From positions 1 to 41,032 of the forward strand of contig CANQWL010000001.1 in assembly GCA_947627555.1 (NCBI GenBank): 41,032 bases of DNA, read 5' to 3'. Below, in pieces: positions 19,802 through 29,534 of this stretch. Each line of letters opens with the position of its first letter. The first letter of the stretch is position 1. Origin of the DNA: an uncultured Clostridia bacterium (GTDB lineage: Bacteria > Bacillota > Clostridia > TANB77 > CAG-508). Position numbers and translations under genes: made by a program. A model generated the notes under the pieces. That model was not told where the DNA came from and did not search any database. It saw only the letters and a program-made list of their open reading frames with translations.

Positions 19802-20437
19802 TTAGAAATATTTTGACAAATTTTTTAAAATATTAAATGAAATAACTATTTCTACTATTGATGATACTATTAATGCAGCTAACATTATAATTGAAAAAAT
19901 AGTATGTCTTATTATTTCTAGTTTGATATTTTCTTTCCCCTTATCTTTTATAATAGATTTATATAGTTTAAATCCACTAACTGCTAATGCCAACATTGAA
20001 GGAATAAAAATAATATTTTGTAACAATAAACTTATAATAATAAATATTAATCCTTTTGAAAGTCCCATTACTGATATACATATAGAAACTGTATATCCGA
20101 GACAAAATCCTCTATACGCTATTATTCCAAATACAACTGGAATTCCTATTACAGTTGTACCAAAAAACCATATTATAATTGCCAATGTTATATTTTGAAA
20201 TATACTTGTTTTTAATAACTCAATATTATTTATTTGTTCAGTATTTTTTATTTTATCTATAAAAGTATTTAAATAATTACCAATTTCATCTTTTTGAATT
20301 TGCTGAACATTATTATTAAATAGTACTCCTAAAAATATTCCTATTATAAATATTAAAGTAATTATTATATATTCTTTTTTATTATTAATGATATGTTGTT
20401 TTATAACATTTGTTATTTTTTTTGTGTGTTTTCCCAT
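19802..20437 (-). CDS. spoIIM: stage II sporulation protein M-like membrane protein
   Basis: 211 aa with five TM helices and the typical N-terminal ..IKQHI..NKKEYIIITLIF.. layout. It lies next to xerD, as in the classical Firmicute arrangement. Confidence 0.7.
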   Translation of the reverse strand: MGKHTKKITNVIKQHIINNKKEYIIITLIFIIGIFLGVLFNNNVQQIQKDEIGNYLNTFIDKIKNTEQINNIELLKTSIFQNITLAIIIWFFGTTVIGIPVVFGIIAYRGFCLGYTVSICISVMGLSKGLIFIIISLLLQNIIFIPSMLALAVSGFKLYKSIIKDKGKENIKLEIIRHTIFSIIMLAALIVSSIVEIVISFNILKNLSKYF

Positions 20438-20530
20438 AACAAAACTCCTTATCTTTATACATAATGTGTATTCAATAAAGAGTTTTTTAGAACTTAATAT
20501 TATATTATAATTTAATCTAATAAATTTTTA

Positions 20531-21718
20531 TTAAATAACTTTTCCGTAATTTCCTCCACCACCAGAATGTACTATCATTTTGCCTTCTCTTGCTCTTACA
20601 ATATTATTAGCAATTTTATTTCCAACTACTGCTTCTATGTCATCTTCAGACAAACGATGTAATATGTTCATTTCTGTTTCAAAAGCTTGTAATAATTTAT
20701 CAATTGTTTTTCCTCCTACACCTGGAATAAAATTAAGAGGAACTTGATATATATATGGAGGTCTATTTTCTGGACTTTTTGTTTTTTGTTTATCTTTTAT
20801 TAGTTCGATTCTATCAAAAACACCAAATGTTACATTTTTTCCCCCACACATTGGGCATATTTCTACTGGTTCTTTTGTCTCAATCGATTTTTCACAATCA
20901 TCACAATATGTTCTGTGATATTTTCCAAGTTTTGGATCTAATCCATAATTTGCAATTATTTTTCTACCTTCTTCATTTTTTAACGCTTTAACAATTTCTT
21001 TGAACGAAATATCCTCAACTAACATTTTGTTATATTCTCTAGCAATTTTAGGTAAAGAATGAGCATCTGAATTTGTTACAAATGTTTTTGTTTCTAATTC
21101 TGAAATCATATCTGCTAAATATGTATCAGAACTTAACCCTAACTCAATTGCAAAAATTTTATCAAATTTTTCTTTAAAAATATATTGTAATCTATCAGTA
21201 CAATTCCCATAATAACTTTTAAATGGAGTAAATACATGAGCTGGTATTAATATTCCATTGTATTTTTCAACAATATCTATTAATTCATATCCAGATAAGT
21301 CTGATCTTTGAGTACTTAACGTTATATTTTTTAAGTGTTTACTTAATTCTTTTGAAAATTCTTTTATATCTTTTAGGTGTGGAAAAAAGCAAATATTGTG
21401 TGCACTTCCACATTTACCCGTTCTTGATATTTCAGATGTTTCTACTTCACTTCCTAAAAGAATACACACTTTATCTTTGTATATAATTCCCCCATCTTGT
21501 AATTCATATGCTTCTCCTGTTTTTAAAAAATTTTCTATATCTTCAATTACATATGGAGATGCACAATCTATAATTCCTACTACATTTATTCCCTTTCTAT
21601 CTGCACATTCTTTTGCAATATTAGCAAAATTTAATGATTTTGCTGCTGTTATTTTTATTGGTTTTCCATTCTCACTTCTTCCTATGTGTACATGTAAATC
21701 TGCAAATATTTCGTACAT
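20531..21718 (-). CDS. endonuclease Q family / TIGR00375-type PHP-domain protein
   Basis: N-terminal ADLHVHIGRS metal-binding motif, a CDDC...CPMCGG zinc ribbon, and a C-terminal IPGVGGKTIDKLL helix-hairpin-helix. Confidence 0.6.
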   Translation of the reverse strand: MYEIFADLHVHIGRSENGKPIKITAAKSLNFANIAKECADRKGINVVGIIDCASPYVIEDIENFLKTGEAYELQDGGIIYKDKVCILLGSEVETSEISRTGKCGSAHNICFFPHLKDIKEFSKELSKHLKNITLSTQRSDLSGYELIDIVEKYNGILIPAHVFTPFKSYYGNCTDRLQYIFKEKFDKIFAIELGLSSDTYLADMISELETKTFVTNSDAHSLPKIAREYNKMLVEDISFKEIVKALKNEEGRKIIANYGLDPKLGKYHRTYCDDCEKSIETKEPVEICPMCGGKNVTFGVFDRIELIKDKQKTKSPENRPPYIYQVPLNFIPGVGGKTIDKLLQAFETEMNILHRLSEDDIEAVVGNKIANNIVRAREGKMIVHSGGGGNYGKVI

Positions 21719-21810
21719 TTTTTCTCTCCTTTATAATAACTTTATAAAAATTAAACTATATATTATTTTAAATAAAAATGGGCGTTTTCATTATACGCTC
21801 ATTTTTATTA

Positions 21811-22611
21811 TTAGCTTATATTCTTTGTCTCTGTAATGTTTGTATTAATATGTTGCATTATTTTCTTTGTTGTTTCTTCACTAAATAATGGTCTATTTGG
21901 ATTTTCTCCATTATTAAATATTTTATTTGCTATTTTATTTTCTTCCTTATTAATTAGTTTATCTATTGTTGGTTCAAACTCATATATAACTTTTTGTACA
22001 TATTTTATTAAGTCTTCTGTTTCATTATAAATTTTTATTAATTTTCTTAATGTTGTCATTTCAACTATATCATTAATTTTTATGCTTTCAATAAAATTAA
22101 TAAATTCAATAAATGTATTTAAATATCTATTATATTTATCTTTTAAATTTCTATGTTCTAATAATACCAATGCCTCATCAGGTTTAAACCCCATTCTTTC
22201 AGGTCTATCCAAAAGCATTCCAGCAAATTGATCTACTAATTCTAATATGTCACTTTCTCTTTCTCTTGGATTACTATTACTATATCTATTAACTTCTTCA
22301 CACATTTTACAAAATTTTTTTCCAAATCCTAATGTACTTAAATATTCTGCTCCTTCTTTTGCATATGTATAAATTTTATTAATATCTTGTGCATTATCTA
22401 CTTTTTTACAATTACATAATAAACATGCAGTTAATACAAGATTATTATCTACTTCTATTTTTGAATAATTTAAAAACATTCTTAAAATTTCTAGTTTAAA
22501 AATCACCGATTTATCAAAAAAAATTTTTGTCTTTTTTGACAAATAATATATAATCTCTATTTTTGAGGCTAAATCTTGTTCATCTAAAATATAATCTGCA
22601 AAGCTTTCCAT
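21811..22611 (-). CDS. hypothetical protein (266 aa)
   Basis: Uninterrupted ORF with an AGGAGG-type RBS, cytoplasmic and helical. No diagnostic motif recognised. Confidence 0.5.
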   Translation of the reverse strand: MESFADYILDEQDLASKIEIIYYLSKKTKIFFDKSVIFKLEILRMFLNYSKIEVDNNLVLTACLLCNCKKVDNAQDINKIYTYAKEGAEYLSTLGFGKKFCKMCEEVNRYSNSNPRERESDILELVDQFAGMLLDRPERMGFKPDEALVLLEHRNLKDKYNRYLNTFIEFINFIESIKINDIVEMTTLRKLIKIYNETEDLIKYVQKVIYEFEPTIDKLINKEENKIANKIFNNGENPNRPLFSEETTKKIMQHINTNITETKNIS

Positions 22612-22750
22612 TTATTTCCTCCTTGTTTACTACGTATAATAGCTACATATCATACTACAATTTTATTATACTTTAAATGACAGAATATTTCAATATTTTT
22701 GTTTGTTGTAATATTATTGTTGTATGTTTGTAATATTTTTGAAATATTTA

Positions 22751-23186
22751 TTAGATATTTTTTATTGCATTTCTTGCTAATTCATCACATCTATTGTTAT
22801 ATTCATTATCACTATGTCCTTTTACCTTAATAAAATTTACTTTATGTTTTTTAGTTAATTCATAAAGTTCTTCCCATAATTCTTTATTTTTTACAGGTTC
22901 TTTACTTGCTGTTTGCCAATTATTTTTTACCCAATTATAGATCCATCCCTGTTGAAAACAATTTACTACATATGCACTATCGCTGTACAAATCTACTTCA
23001 CATGGATATTTTAAGAGTTTTAAACCTTCTATTACAGCTGTTAATTCCATTACATTATTTGTAGTAACTTCTCTTCCTCCTGATATTTCCTTTTTATTGT
23101 CTTTATACATTAAAATTGCTCCCCAACCTCCTGGACCGTGGATTTCCTGAGCAAGCACCATCTGTATATATTATAACTTTTTCCAT
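22751..23186 (-). pseudogene. rnhA: ribonuclease HI, frame broken by one extra base near codon 16 (or an assembly error)
   Basis: The ATG at 23186 reads [16 protein letters not shown], then shifts frame. The ORF-track frame continues [34 protein letters not shown]. The span of 436 nt equals 3n+1. Deleting one base in CCACGG (about 23139-23141) restores GNPGPGGWG. Confidence 0.85.
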
Positions 23187-23299
23187 TTTTTTCCCTTTCT
23201 ATTTTCTTTTTTTATTTTTTATGATATTATTATAACAATAATTTATTAAATACACAATAACAGAATTGATTAAGTTTTAGTATTTTTAAGGAGTAAAAT

Positions 23300-24541
23300 A
23301 TGGGTAAAGTTTTAGGTATTATTGCAGAATATAATCCATTTCATAATGGACATTTGTATCATTTAACTGAATCTAAAAAAATGACAGGTGCAACATATAC
23401 AGTGGCTATTATGAGTGGTAATTTTACGCAGCGTGGTGATACTTCTTTTATAGATAAATGGTCTAAAGCTAAATCTGCTTTAGAATGTGGAATTGATTTA
23501 GTTATAGAACTTCCTGTTTTATATGCTATTTCAAGTGCAGAAAATTTTGCAGATGGAGCAATAAAATTGTTACACTCTATGCAAGTTATAGACTATATAT
23601 CTTTTGGTGCTGAAACAGCTGATATGAATTCTTTAAATATGATTTCAGATATTTTATATAATGAGCCAAAAGAATATCAAAATTTATTAGCTAAAGAATT
23701 ACAATCTGGTATATCTTTTCCTAAAGCTCGTGAAAATGCTATTCTATCTTATTTAAATGATAATAAATATGCTACATTTCTTTCTTCTCCTAATAATATT
23801 TTGGGAATTGAATATTTAAAAGCATTAAAAAAATATAAAAGCACAATTCAACCAATTGCTATGCCACGAATTGAAGCTTCTCATAATGATTTAAATTATA
23901 ATGGAAATATTGCTAGTAGTACAACAATTAGAGATATGATAAAAAATAATAGACTTGATATTGCAAAAAAATTAATGCCTGACTCAAGCTTTAAAAACTT
24001 ATTTGAAAATATAAAAATCGGACACATTGTTCCTGATATTTCTATATTTGAAAAAGAAATTATTTTTAAATTAAGAAGTATGTCCACTTACGAGATTTCT
24101 TTATTGCCAGATGTTTCAGAAGGATTAGAGTTTTCTATAAAAAAAGCTGCTGATTCTTGCAATAGTATTATAGAATTTTTAAATATTATTAAAACTAAAA
24201 GATATACTTATACTCGCCTTCAAAGAATTCTCCTTTATGCTTTACTTGGTATTACAAAAAAAGATATAGCTATGTCTAAAAAAACACAACCTTATATTAG
24301 AATACTTGGAGCAAATGAACGCGGGAAATATTTAATTTCTGAAGTTGCAAAATCAAATCCTAAACTTAATATAATTACTTCTGTTAAAAAATTTACAGAT
24401 AAAAATCTTAATAGAAATTTGAAAACTATGCTTGAAAAAGATATTTGGGCTACTGATGTCTATACTATTGGATATGAATATGATTCTTTCAGTCATTTAG
24501 ATTTTACAAACAAAATTATTACAAAAAATGAGCAAACCTAA
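23300..24541 (+). CDS. tmcAL: tRNA(Met) cytidine acetate ligase (TmcAL / YlbM, UPF0348)
   Basis: GIIAEYNPFHNGHLYHL nucleotidyltransferase motif, SGNFTQRG, and 413 aa length. Confidence 0.85.
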   Translation: MGKVLGIIAEYNPFHNGHLYHLTESKKMTGATYTVAIMSGNFTQRGDTSFIDKWSKAKSALECGIDLVIELPVLYAISSAENFADGAIKLLHSMQVIDYISFGAETADMNSLNMISDILYNEPKEYQNLLAKELQSGISFPKARENAILSYLNDNKYATFLSSPNNILGIEYLKALKKYKSTIQPIAMPRIEASHNDLNYNGNIASSTTIRDMIKNNRLDIAKKLMPDSSFKNLFENIKIGHIVPDISIFEKEIIFKLRSMSTYEISLLPDVSEGLEFSIKKAADSCNSIIEFLNIIKTKRYTYTRLQRILLYALLGITKKDIAMSKKTQPYIRILGANERGKYLISEVAKSNPKLNIITSVKKFTDKNLNRNLKTMLEKDIWATDVYTIGYEYDSFSHLDFTNKIITKNEQT

Positions 24542-24565
24542 ATCGATTAAGTTTGCTCATTTTTC
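24528..24565. terminator. bidirectional terminator between the convergent tmcAL and SecF-like genes
   Basis: ATGAGCAAAC (24528-24537) pairs with GTTTGCTCAT (24551-24560), with an A-run before and a T-run after. Confidence 0.65.
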
Positions 24566-24578
24566 ATTCTAAAAGTAG

Positions 24579-25241
24579 TTAATTTTTTTCTTCTTCTATC
24601 TTTTTTATTTCTAGATTTTTTTCAAATTTATTTGTAATTCCTAGTAATGTTAATATATATACTATTAACATCATTGGAATTGTTAATCTTCCTATTGGTA
24701 ATCTAGTTATTGCAATTATACTAAATAATAATGCTTCTGCTACGGCTAATATTAATATTGTTTTTACTATTACTTTTATAGAATTTAATTTATAATATCT
24801 TATTGCCATGTATAATAATATGATTGCTGTTGCAATTATAAATGATACTATATAAGGTTTTATTATGTCTCTTCCTCTCATATGTGCAATTGATGTTATT
24901 TCTATTTCTTCTGCTGATAATTCTGTTTGATATTTTTCATTTATTTTAGTAATTAAATTATTTTTTTGTTCTTCAGTAATATCATTTGAAATAATACTTA
25001 CTGTATCTTCAAATACTTCTACTTTTTGTATTAGTACTTCTTGATTTTGTATAACTTCATTTGTTATTTGCTTTATATCAGAAATTTCAAATTCTTTTCC
25101 TATATATAATTCTACTTTTTTTGATGGCTGATATGCTAATTCGAAATTAAATCCTGATGTTGCTACAACAATAATTCCCGCTATTATAATAATTGCTATC
25201 AATAAAACGATTATTTTCATTTTGTTATTCTTTTTCTCCAT
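24579..25241 (-). CDS. SecF-like membrane protein (short, divergent)
   Basis: 220 aa with an N-terminal TM, a ~100 aa external domain and three TM helices. The layout and the GFNFEL.. start resemble SecF, but the last helices and conserved polar residues are missing. Confidence 0.45.
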   Translation of the reverse strand: MEKKNNKMKIIVLLIAIIIIAGIIVVATSGFNFELAYQPSKKVELYIGKEFEISDIKQITNEVIQNQEVLIQKVEVFEDTVSIISNDITEEQKNNLITKINEKYQTELSAEEIEITSIAHMRGRDIIKPYIVSFIIATAIILLYMAIRYYKLNSIKVIVKTILILAVAEALLFSIIAITRLPIGRLTIPMMLIVYILTLLGITNKFEKNLEIKKIEEEKN

Positions 25242-25252
25242 GATATTACCTC

Positions 25253-26791
25253 CTATTTCTTTTCTGCCTTTATTTTTAGTATTGTTCCAACTATTACAAA
25301 ATTGTAAATTGCTATTAATGCAATTCCCCAGAACATCATCATTCCGAAGCTGCTTAAAGGAGTTAAATTCATAAAACAGAAGGCAATAATAGCGATTATT
25401 ATTGGAATTATTTTAATAAAGAATTCTTTATATGCTGTTTTTACTGCTTCTTTTACAACTATGTCTTTGTTATTTTCTTCTTTTTCTTTATTTATTCCAT
25501 TTAATATTTTATTCATAAATATATATTCAAGAATTAGTATTACACCAATTGCAAATAATCCCTCTAATGATATTTCTACATTTGTATATCTTATTAGTAA
25601 TGAATATATAGCAAATAATCCTATATATAAAATAGCACCAATTATTCCATTTGTCTTATATCTAATGCAAAGTATTATTAATGCAACGGCAATTATCGCA
25701 ATTGCTACATATCCTATTATTTGAATATTATCTTCTGTAATATCTGTTGAAATATATTCATTTTCGGCTATATCGTATTTAATAGGAATATTTCCTGAAT
25801 CTAAAACTGTTGCCATACTTAATGCTTGGTCAACATATCCATTTAGTGTCTCTTTATCTGTTGATGCTTGTCCTATTGATAATTGTAATTGTCCTGTCCT
25901 TAATGGTTCATCAAAGCTTGTTGTCATTATTTCTTGGTCATCTACCTTCATTGTTATTTCTTTTTCTGTTGTTGTATCTTCTTCCGTATCTGTACTTTCT
26001 GTTTCTGTATTTTCTGTATCTGTTGCATCTTCTTCCGTATCCGTGCTTTCTGTTTCTATATCTTCTGTATCTGTTGTTTCTTCTTCTGTAGATGTTTCTT
26101 CTGATGTAGTATTAGAGTCACTTGTTTCTTCTGTTTCCACATATTTATTACTAATATCTTCTAATTTTTTAGCTCCATCTTTATTAAATTCTATATTTAA
26201 ATATACATTAGTTCCTGCATTAGCTGCAGTCGTAGAACTAGATCCATACATTACACTTGATGATTTTATATCATCATTTGTCATTAATACTTCTTTTGTC
26301 TCACTATCTATTATCTCAAATTTACCAGTTGTACTTAAATTGCTTACAACTTTATCTGTATTATCATTTTCAGTAAACTCTATTATAATGTCTCCTGTTT
26401 GCTCATCTAATCTTATATTGTAATCATCTACATTTAATTTTTTTAGTCTTTTTTCAATTATTTCCTTTGACTTTTTATAGTTATCTAATGTTAATATTTC
26501 TTGTGGATTATTTTGAACTTCTTCTTTACTATATCCTTTTTCTGCTATTTGTTCATCTGTTAATTCTTCAGTTTCTTCTATTTCTGCTCCATTTTCATCT
26601 TTGATAACTGTTGTTGATTCTTCATTTACTTTTAATTTTACTTGTCTAGCTCCTTTTAAATTCATAGTATAAGAATAGTCTTTTACCTTATTCTCCATTC
26701 TATTTTGTACTTGACTATAAATTCCTAAAAAAGCAATCATTGAAACTAAAACAACTGCTAAAATCGTTGTTAATATTTTAACTTTTTTCAT
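25253..26791 (-). CDS. SecD-like membrane protein with an acidic Thr/Glu/Asp-rich insertion
   Basis: 512 aa with a signal-anchor and a P1-like head (TGKFEIIDSETKEVL.., NVYLNIEFNKDGAKK). A ~70 aa T/E/D low-complexity tract follows, then a 5-TM region that parallels SecD without its conserved GMAVDANV-type residues. Confidence 0.5.
   Translation of the reverse strand: MKKVKILTTILAVVLVSMIAFLGIYSQVQNRMENKVKDYSYTMNLKGARQVKLKVNEESTTVIKDENGAEIEETEELTDEQIAEKGYSKEEVQNNPQEILTLDNYKKSKEIIEKRLKKLNVDDYNIRLDEQTGDIIIEFTENDNTDKVVSNLSTTGKFEIIDSETKEVLMTNDDIKSSSVMYGSSSTTAANAGTNVYLNIEFNKDGAKKLEDISNKYVETEETSDSNTTSEETSTEEETTDTEDIETESTDTEEDATDTENTETESTDTEEDTTTEKEITMKVDDQEIMTTSFDEPLRTGQLQLSIGQASTDKETLNGYVDQALSMATVLDSGNIPIKYDIAENEYISTDITEDNIQIIGYVAIAIIAVALIILCIRYKTNGIIGAILYIGLFAIYSLLIRYTNVEISLEGLFAIGVILILEYIFMNKILNGINKEKEENNKDIVVKEAVKTAYKEFFIKIIPIIIAIIAFCFMNLTPLSSFGMMMFWGIALIAIYNFVIVGTILKIKAEKK
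25976..26077. repeat. 2 x 51-bp tandem repeat inside the SecD-like gene
   Basis: Units 25976-26026 and 26027-26077 differ at only a few bases and encode the 17-aa unit ETESTDTEED(A/T)TDTE(N/D)(T/I). Confidence 0.85.
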
Positions 26792-26929
26792 TTTTGGTAC
26801 CTCCCTAAATTTGTCCTTTTAAATTTTATATTAAAAATAAAAAAATATCAACTGTTTTTTTAAGAATTTTGTATTTATTATTTTACTATTAAACTTTTTA
26901 AATTTTCATAATAATTTAATATAGGTATT

Positions 26930-28249
26930 TTATTTCATATTATAAGTTCCTACATCTTTATTCCAAGAATTAATCAAGTACTGTTTTTCTGTCTTCGGAA
27001 TCAAAGCCATTCTAAATGCAGACATTGGTCTATTATATCTATACATAGTTTCTTGTCCATCAGATACTGCACTCTGCCATCCATGATTATTTACTAATAT
27101 TTGATAAACAATAGAATAATAGGATGTATCTTTTAATTTCATTTTTATTCCTGCAATTCCAAAAGAATAAGTTCCTTCATATTGTTTTGGAATTGGATTT
27201 TTACCATTAGCATCTGTTTTATCTTTTGCATTAATTCCGCTTCCACCAAACATAAAGCAATTCTTATTTTGAATATTTACCATTGTTCCAGATGCCATTG
27301 ATGCATAAGTCGTTCTACTTGGATTATATCCATATAAATATTTAGTATGATATGTATCACAAGTTGCCATACTTCCTTCTCCCCAATAAGAATAAACAAA
27401 AGCTTGTGCTTGTATAAAATCTTTATCTATATTTCCATCAACATGAAATGCTAATGCTTCTGTTTTTAAAATTGGATTTTGTTTTACGGCAGTTTTTCCT
27501 GCTACATCATAATTTCCATATCCGAATGTCCAACCTATTTCTGAATTATGAGATCCATACACAATATTAATATTTGTTGCTTTTGTAATATTAATTTCTA
27601 TTTTGGTTTTATTTTGAGCTAAATCCATTATTTCAAAAGTATAAGACACATTATTTGTAAATTCTTTTGTTAAAACTAATTTACTTTCGGAAATATTCCA
27701 TCCTTCCATTTTTCTAATTGCTTCATTTGAAGTAATAGTAGCAGTTACTTTTCCTTGTGCACTTTCCTTTTCCAAAAATGTTAAATTAGGAGCAATATTA
27801 TCAATTTGTACATCAGTATCAAAAATTGTTTCTTCATTGATATTATCTGATTTATCTTTTATTGTCCCTTCTTTTACAACAATTTTCAACTTTCCATTAC
27901 CCGTTAGTTTGCTTAATTTTATTTGATATATAATTGATTCACTATTTTTTTCTATTTCTTTTATCTCATAAATTTCTGGATTAACTTCTTTTTCTTGAAT
28001 TAGTATTTTTATTTTTTCTTTTCCAAAATTATTTTCTATTATATTTTTTTCTGTTACTTTTATTTTTGCAGTTATGGTATGTGTCTGATTAGCATATTTT
28101 TCGTAACCTGTATTTGTATTTTCTAAACTTATCAATTCTATTTTAGGTGGATTTCTGTCAATATCAATATTAGCAATATTGTAAGTAGCATCAAATATAT
28201 ATTTTGCATATATATTTATGTTTATACATATTATGGCTAAAAATATCAT
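26930..28249 (-). CDS. large secreted protein with Ig-like repeats and a ChW-like C-terminal region
   Basis: 439 aa with a hydrophobic N-terminus and beta-rich repeats. The C-terminus has GW segments (HNSEIGWTFGYG.., NNHGWQSAVSDGQ) that resemble clostridial ChW repeats. The frame stays open upstream to 28291 (IEKIRKNKKIYVFI) without a canonical start. Confidence 0.6.
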   Translation of the reverse strand: MIFLAIICININIYAKYIFDATYNIANIDIDRNPPKIELISLENTNTGYEKYANQTHTITAKIKVTEKNIIENNFGKEKIKILIQEKEVNPEIYEIKEIEKNSESIIYQIKLSKLTGNGKLKIVVKEGTIKDKSDNINEETIFDTDVQIDNIAPNLTFLEKESAQGKVTATITSNEAIRKMEGWNISESKLVLTKEFTNNVSYTFEIMDLAQNKTKIEINITKATNINIVYGSHNSEIGWTFGYGNYDVAGKTAVKQNPILKTEALAFHVDGNIDKDFIQAQAFVYSYWGEGSMATCDTYHTKYLYGYNPSRTTYASMASGTMVNIQNKNCFMFGGSGINAKDKTDANGKNPIPKQYEGTYSFGIAGIKMKLKDTSYYSIVYQILVNNHGWQSAVSDGQETMYRYNRPMSAFRMALIPKTEKQYLINSWNKDVGTYNMK

Positions 28250-28305
28250 GATAAAAACATATATTTTCTTATTTTTCCTTATTTTTTCTATCTAAATCCC
28301 TCCTT

Positions 28306-28905
28306 TCATATTTCTCTTCCAATTGCATTAATATGAAAACGATAATCTTTTAACGTTGTTCCATCTTTTGTATCTTGAATATCTTGTCCTATATCTGTTT
28401 CGTAATTCCAAATCCATTGAATTATAATTTTCTTACGCTCATTTTTATTAACATTTCCTTGCAATTCTTCTGCTAATTCTTCTATTCTTTGATATTTTTG
28501 ATTTTTTCCTTTAATTGAAAAAGTTAAATTTTGAGGTTTTATATTTTGACTAATAAATTCTATTTGATAATTGATATCTTTATTTGCTTGTAAAATTAGT
28601 TCAAATTCACCTTCTGTTCCTGGTGCAATTTTTTCATTTATTAACTTTTTTTGATCTATTGTTTCTAATAATGAAATATTTGTTGAAATTTCATTTTTAT
28701 TTGAAAAGTCAAAATAATATTTATAAATTTGGTTTTCATTATCATTTGTATTTATCTGATTTTGTTTACTTTGTGAAAATAATTTGAAAAAAATAAAGTC
28801 TTCTGCAAAATCTTTTTTCTGAATTTTATATAATATAAGAAATAATATAAGAAGAATAAAAAAGATTATTAAAATCAACATCTTTATTTTTGTTTTCTTT
28901 TTCAT
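28306..28905 (-). CDS. TasA/camelysin-like secreted beta-sandwich protein, paralogue 2
   Basis: 199 aa with a signal-anchor. It shares KIAPGT(E/S)G(E/K)F(E/D).I, INYQ(I/V).F, NL.FS and IQW.W.YET motifs with ORF 29535-30125. GGAGG RBS. Confidence 0.45.
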   Translation of the reverse strand: MKKKTKIKMLILIIFFILLILFLILYKIQKKDFAEDFIFFKLFSQSKQNQINTNDNENQIYKYYFDFSNKNEISTNISLLETIDQKKLINEKIAPGTEGEFELILQANKDINYQIEFISQNIKPQNLTFSIKGKNQKYQRIEELAEELQGNVNKNERKKIIIQWIWNYETDIGQDIQDTKDGTTLKDYRFHINAIGREI

Positions 28906-28915
28906 TGTACCTCCT

Positions 28916-29422
28916 TTACCCTTTTGCCTGTTCAGAATGTACTTTAATTTCTATTTTTTGCATAATATCTTCTATTGAGGTTGATTTTTCTTTATCATAT
29001 TTTATTTGTATTTTGTATTCATCTTGTTGCATTTCTTGCTTTTTTAATGTAAACTCTTCTGTTTGGTTATTTTCTATTGAAATTTCTTTATTGTTTTTTA
29101 ATAGTTTAATTGAAATTGCATCATCTTCTTTGTTTAATATTTGTACATAATATTTCATATCAACTTGTGTAATTTCTCCTACTTCATTGTAATTTTTTAC
29201 ATAGAAAGTATAATTTCCCTCTTTTTGCTTTGATGTTATATTAATTTCTGGATTATTTTCTACAACTAAAATTGGTTTTGCAACTGCTCCATTTGATTTT
29301 ATTTGCGTACTACTAATAGCTTTTCCTATACTACATCCTGAAAAAAATAATATCATTACCATTATTGTTATACATATTAAAGTTATCTCTCTTTTTTTAT
29401 TTTGAATTAATTTTATTTTCAT
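28916..29422 (-). CDS. lipoprotein (beta-rich)
   Basis: The start at 29422 gives MKIKLIQNKKREITLICITIMVMILFFSGC with an FSGC lipobox. The longer ORF-track start would run through an upstream hairpin. Confidence 0.6.
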   Translation of the reverse strand: MKIKLIQNKKREITLICITIMVMILFFSGCSIGKAISSTQIKSNGAVAKPILVVENNPEINITSKQKEGNYTFYVKNYNEVGEITQVDMKYYVQILNKEDDAISIKLLKNNKEISIENNQTEEFTLKKQEMQQDEYKIQIKYDKEKSTSIEDIMQKIEIKVHSEQAKG

Positions 29423-29447
29423 AGCATCCTTCTTTCCTTTTAAAATA

Positions 29448-29472
29448 GGAAAGAGTTTCACAATCTCTTTCC
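29448..29472 (-). terminator. intra-operon hairpin (possible attenuator) after the first TasA-like gene
   Basis: GGAAAGAG (29448-29455) pairs with CTCTTTCC (29465-29472). On the minus strand it is followed by UAUUUUAAAA. Confidence 0.35.
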
Positions 29473-29534
29473 CTTGTATTTTATTTTCTATCATTCAATA
29501 AAATTAATAGATTATGAAATGAATCTAAAATTGT

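Noticed and set aside
25950-26110. Regularly spaced short repeats that could suggest a CRISPR array or a separate repeat locus.
   Set aside because: The two 51-bp units are contiguous with no spacers, lie in frame inside the SecD-like ORF and encode an acidic peptide repeat. No CRISPR-like array or cas gene occurs anywhere in the window.
29423-29494. The longer N-terminal extension of the lipoprotein ORF (MIENKIQGKEIVKLFPILKGKKDA..).
   Set aside because: The extension would be translated through the intergenic hairpin and lacks an RBS. The internal ATG at 29422 yields a canonical lipoprotein signal with an FSGC lipobox.
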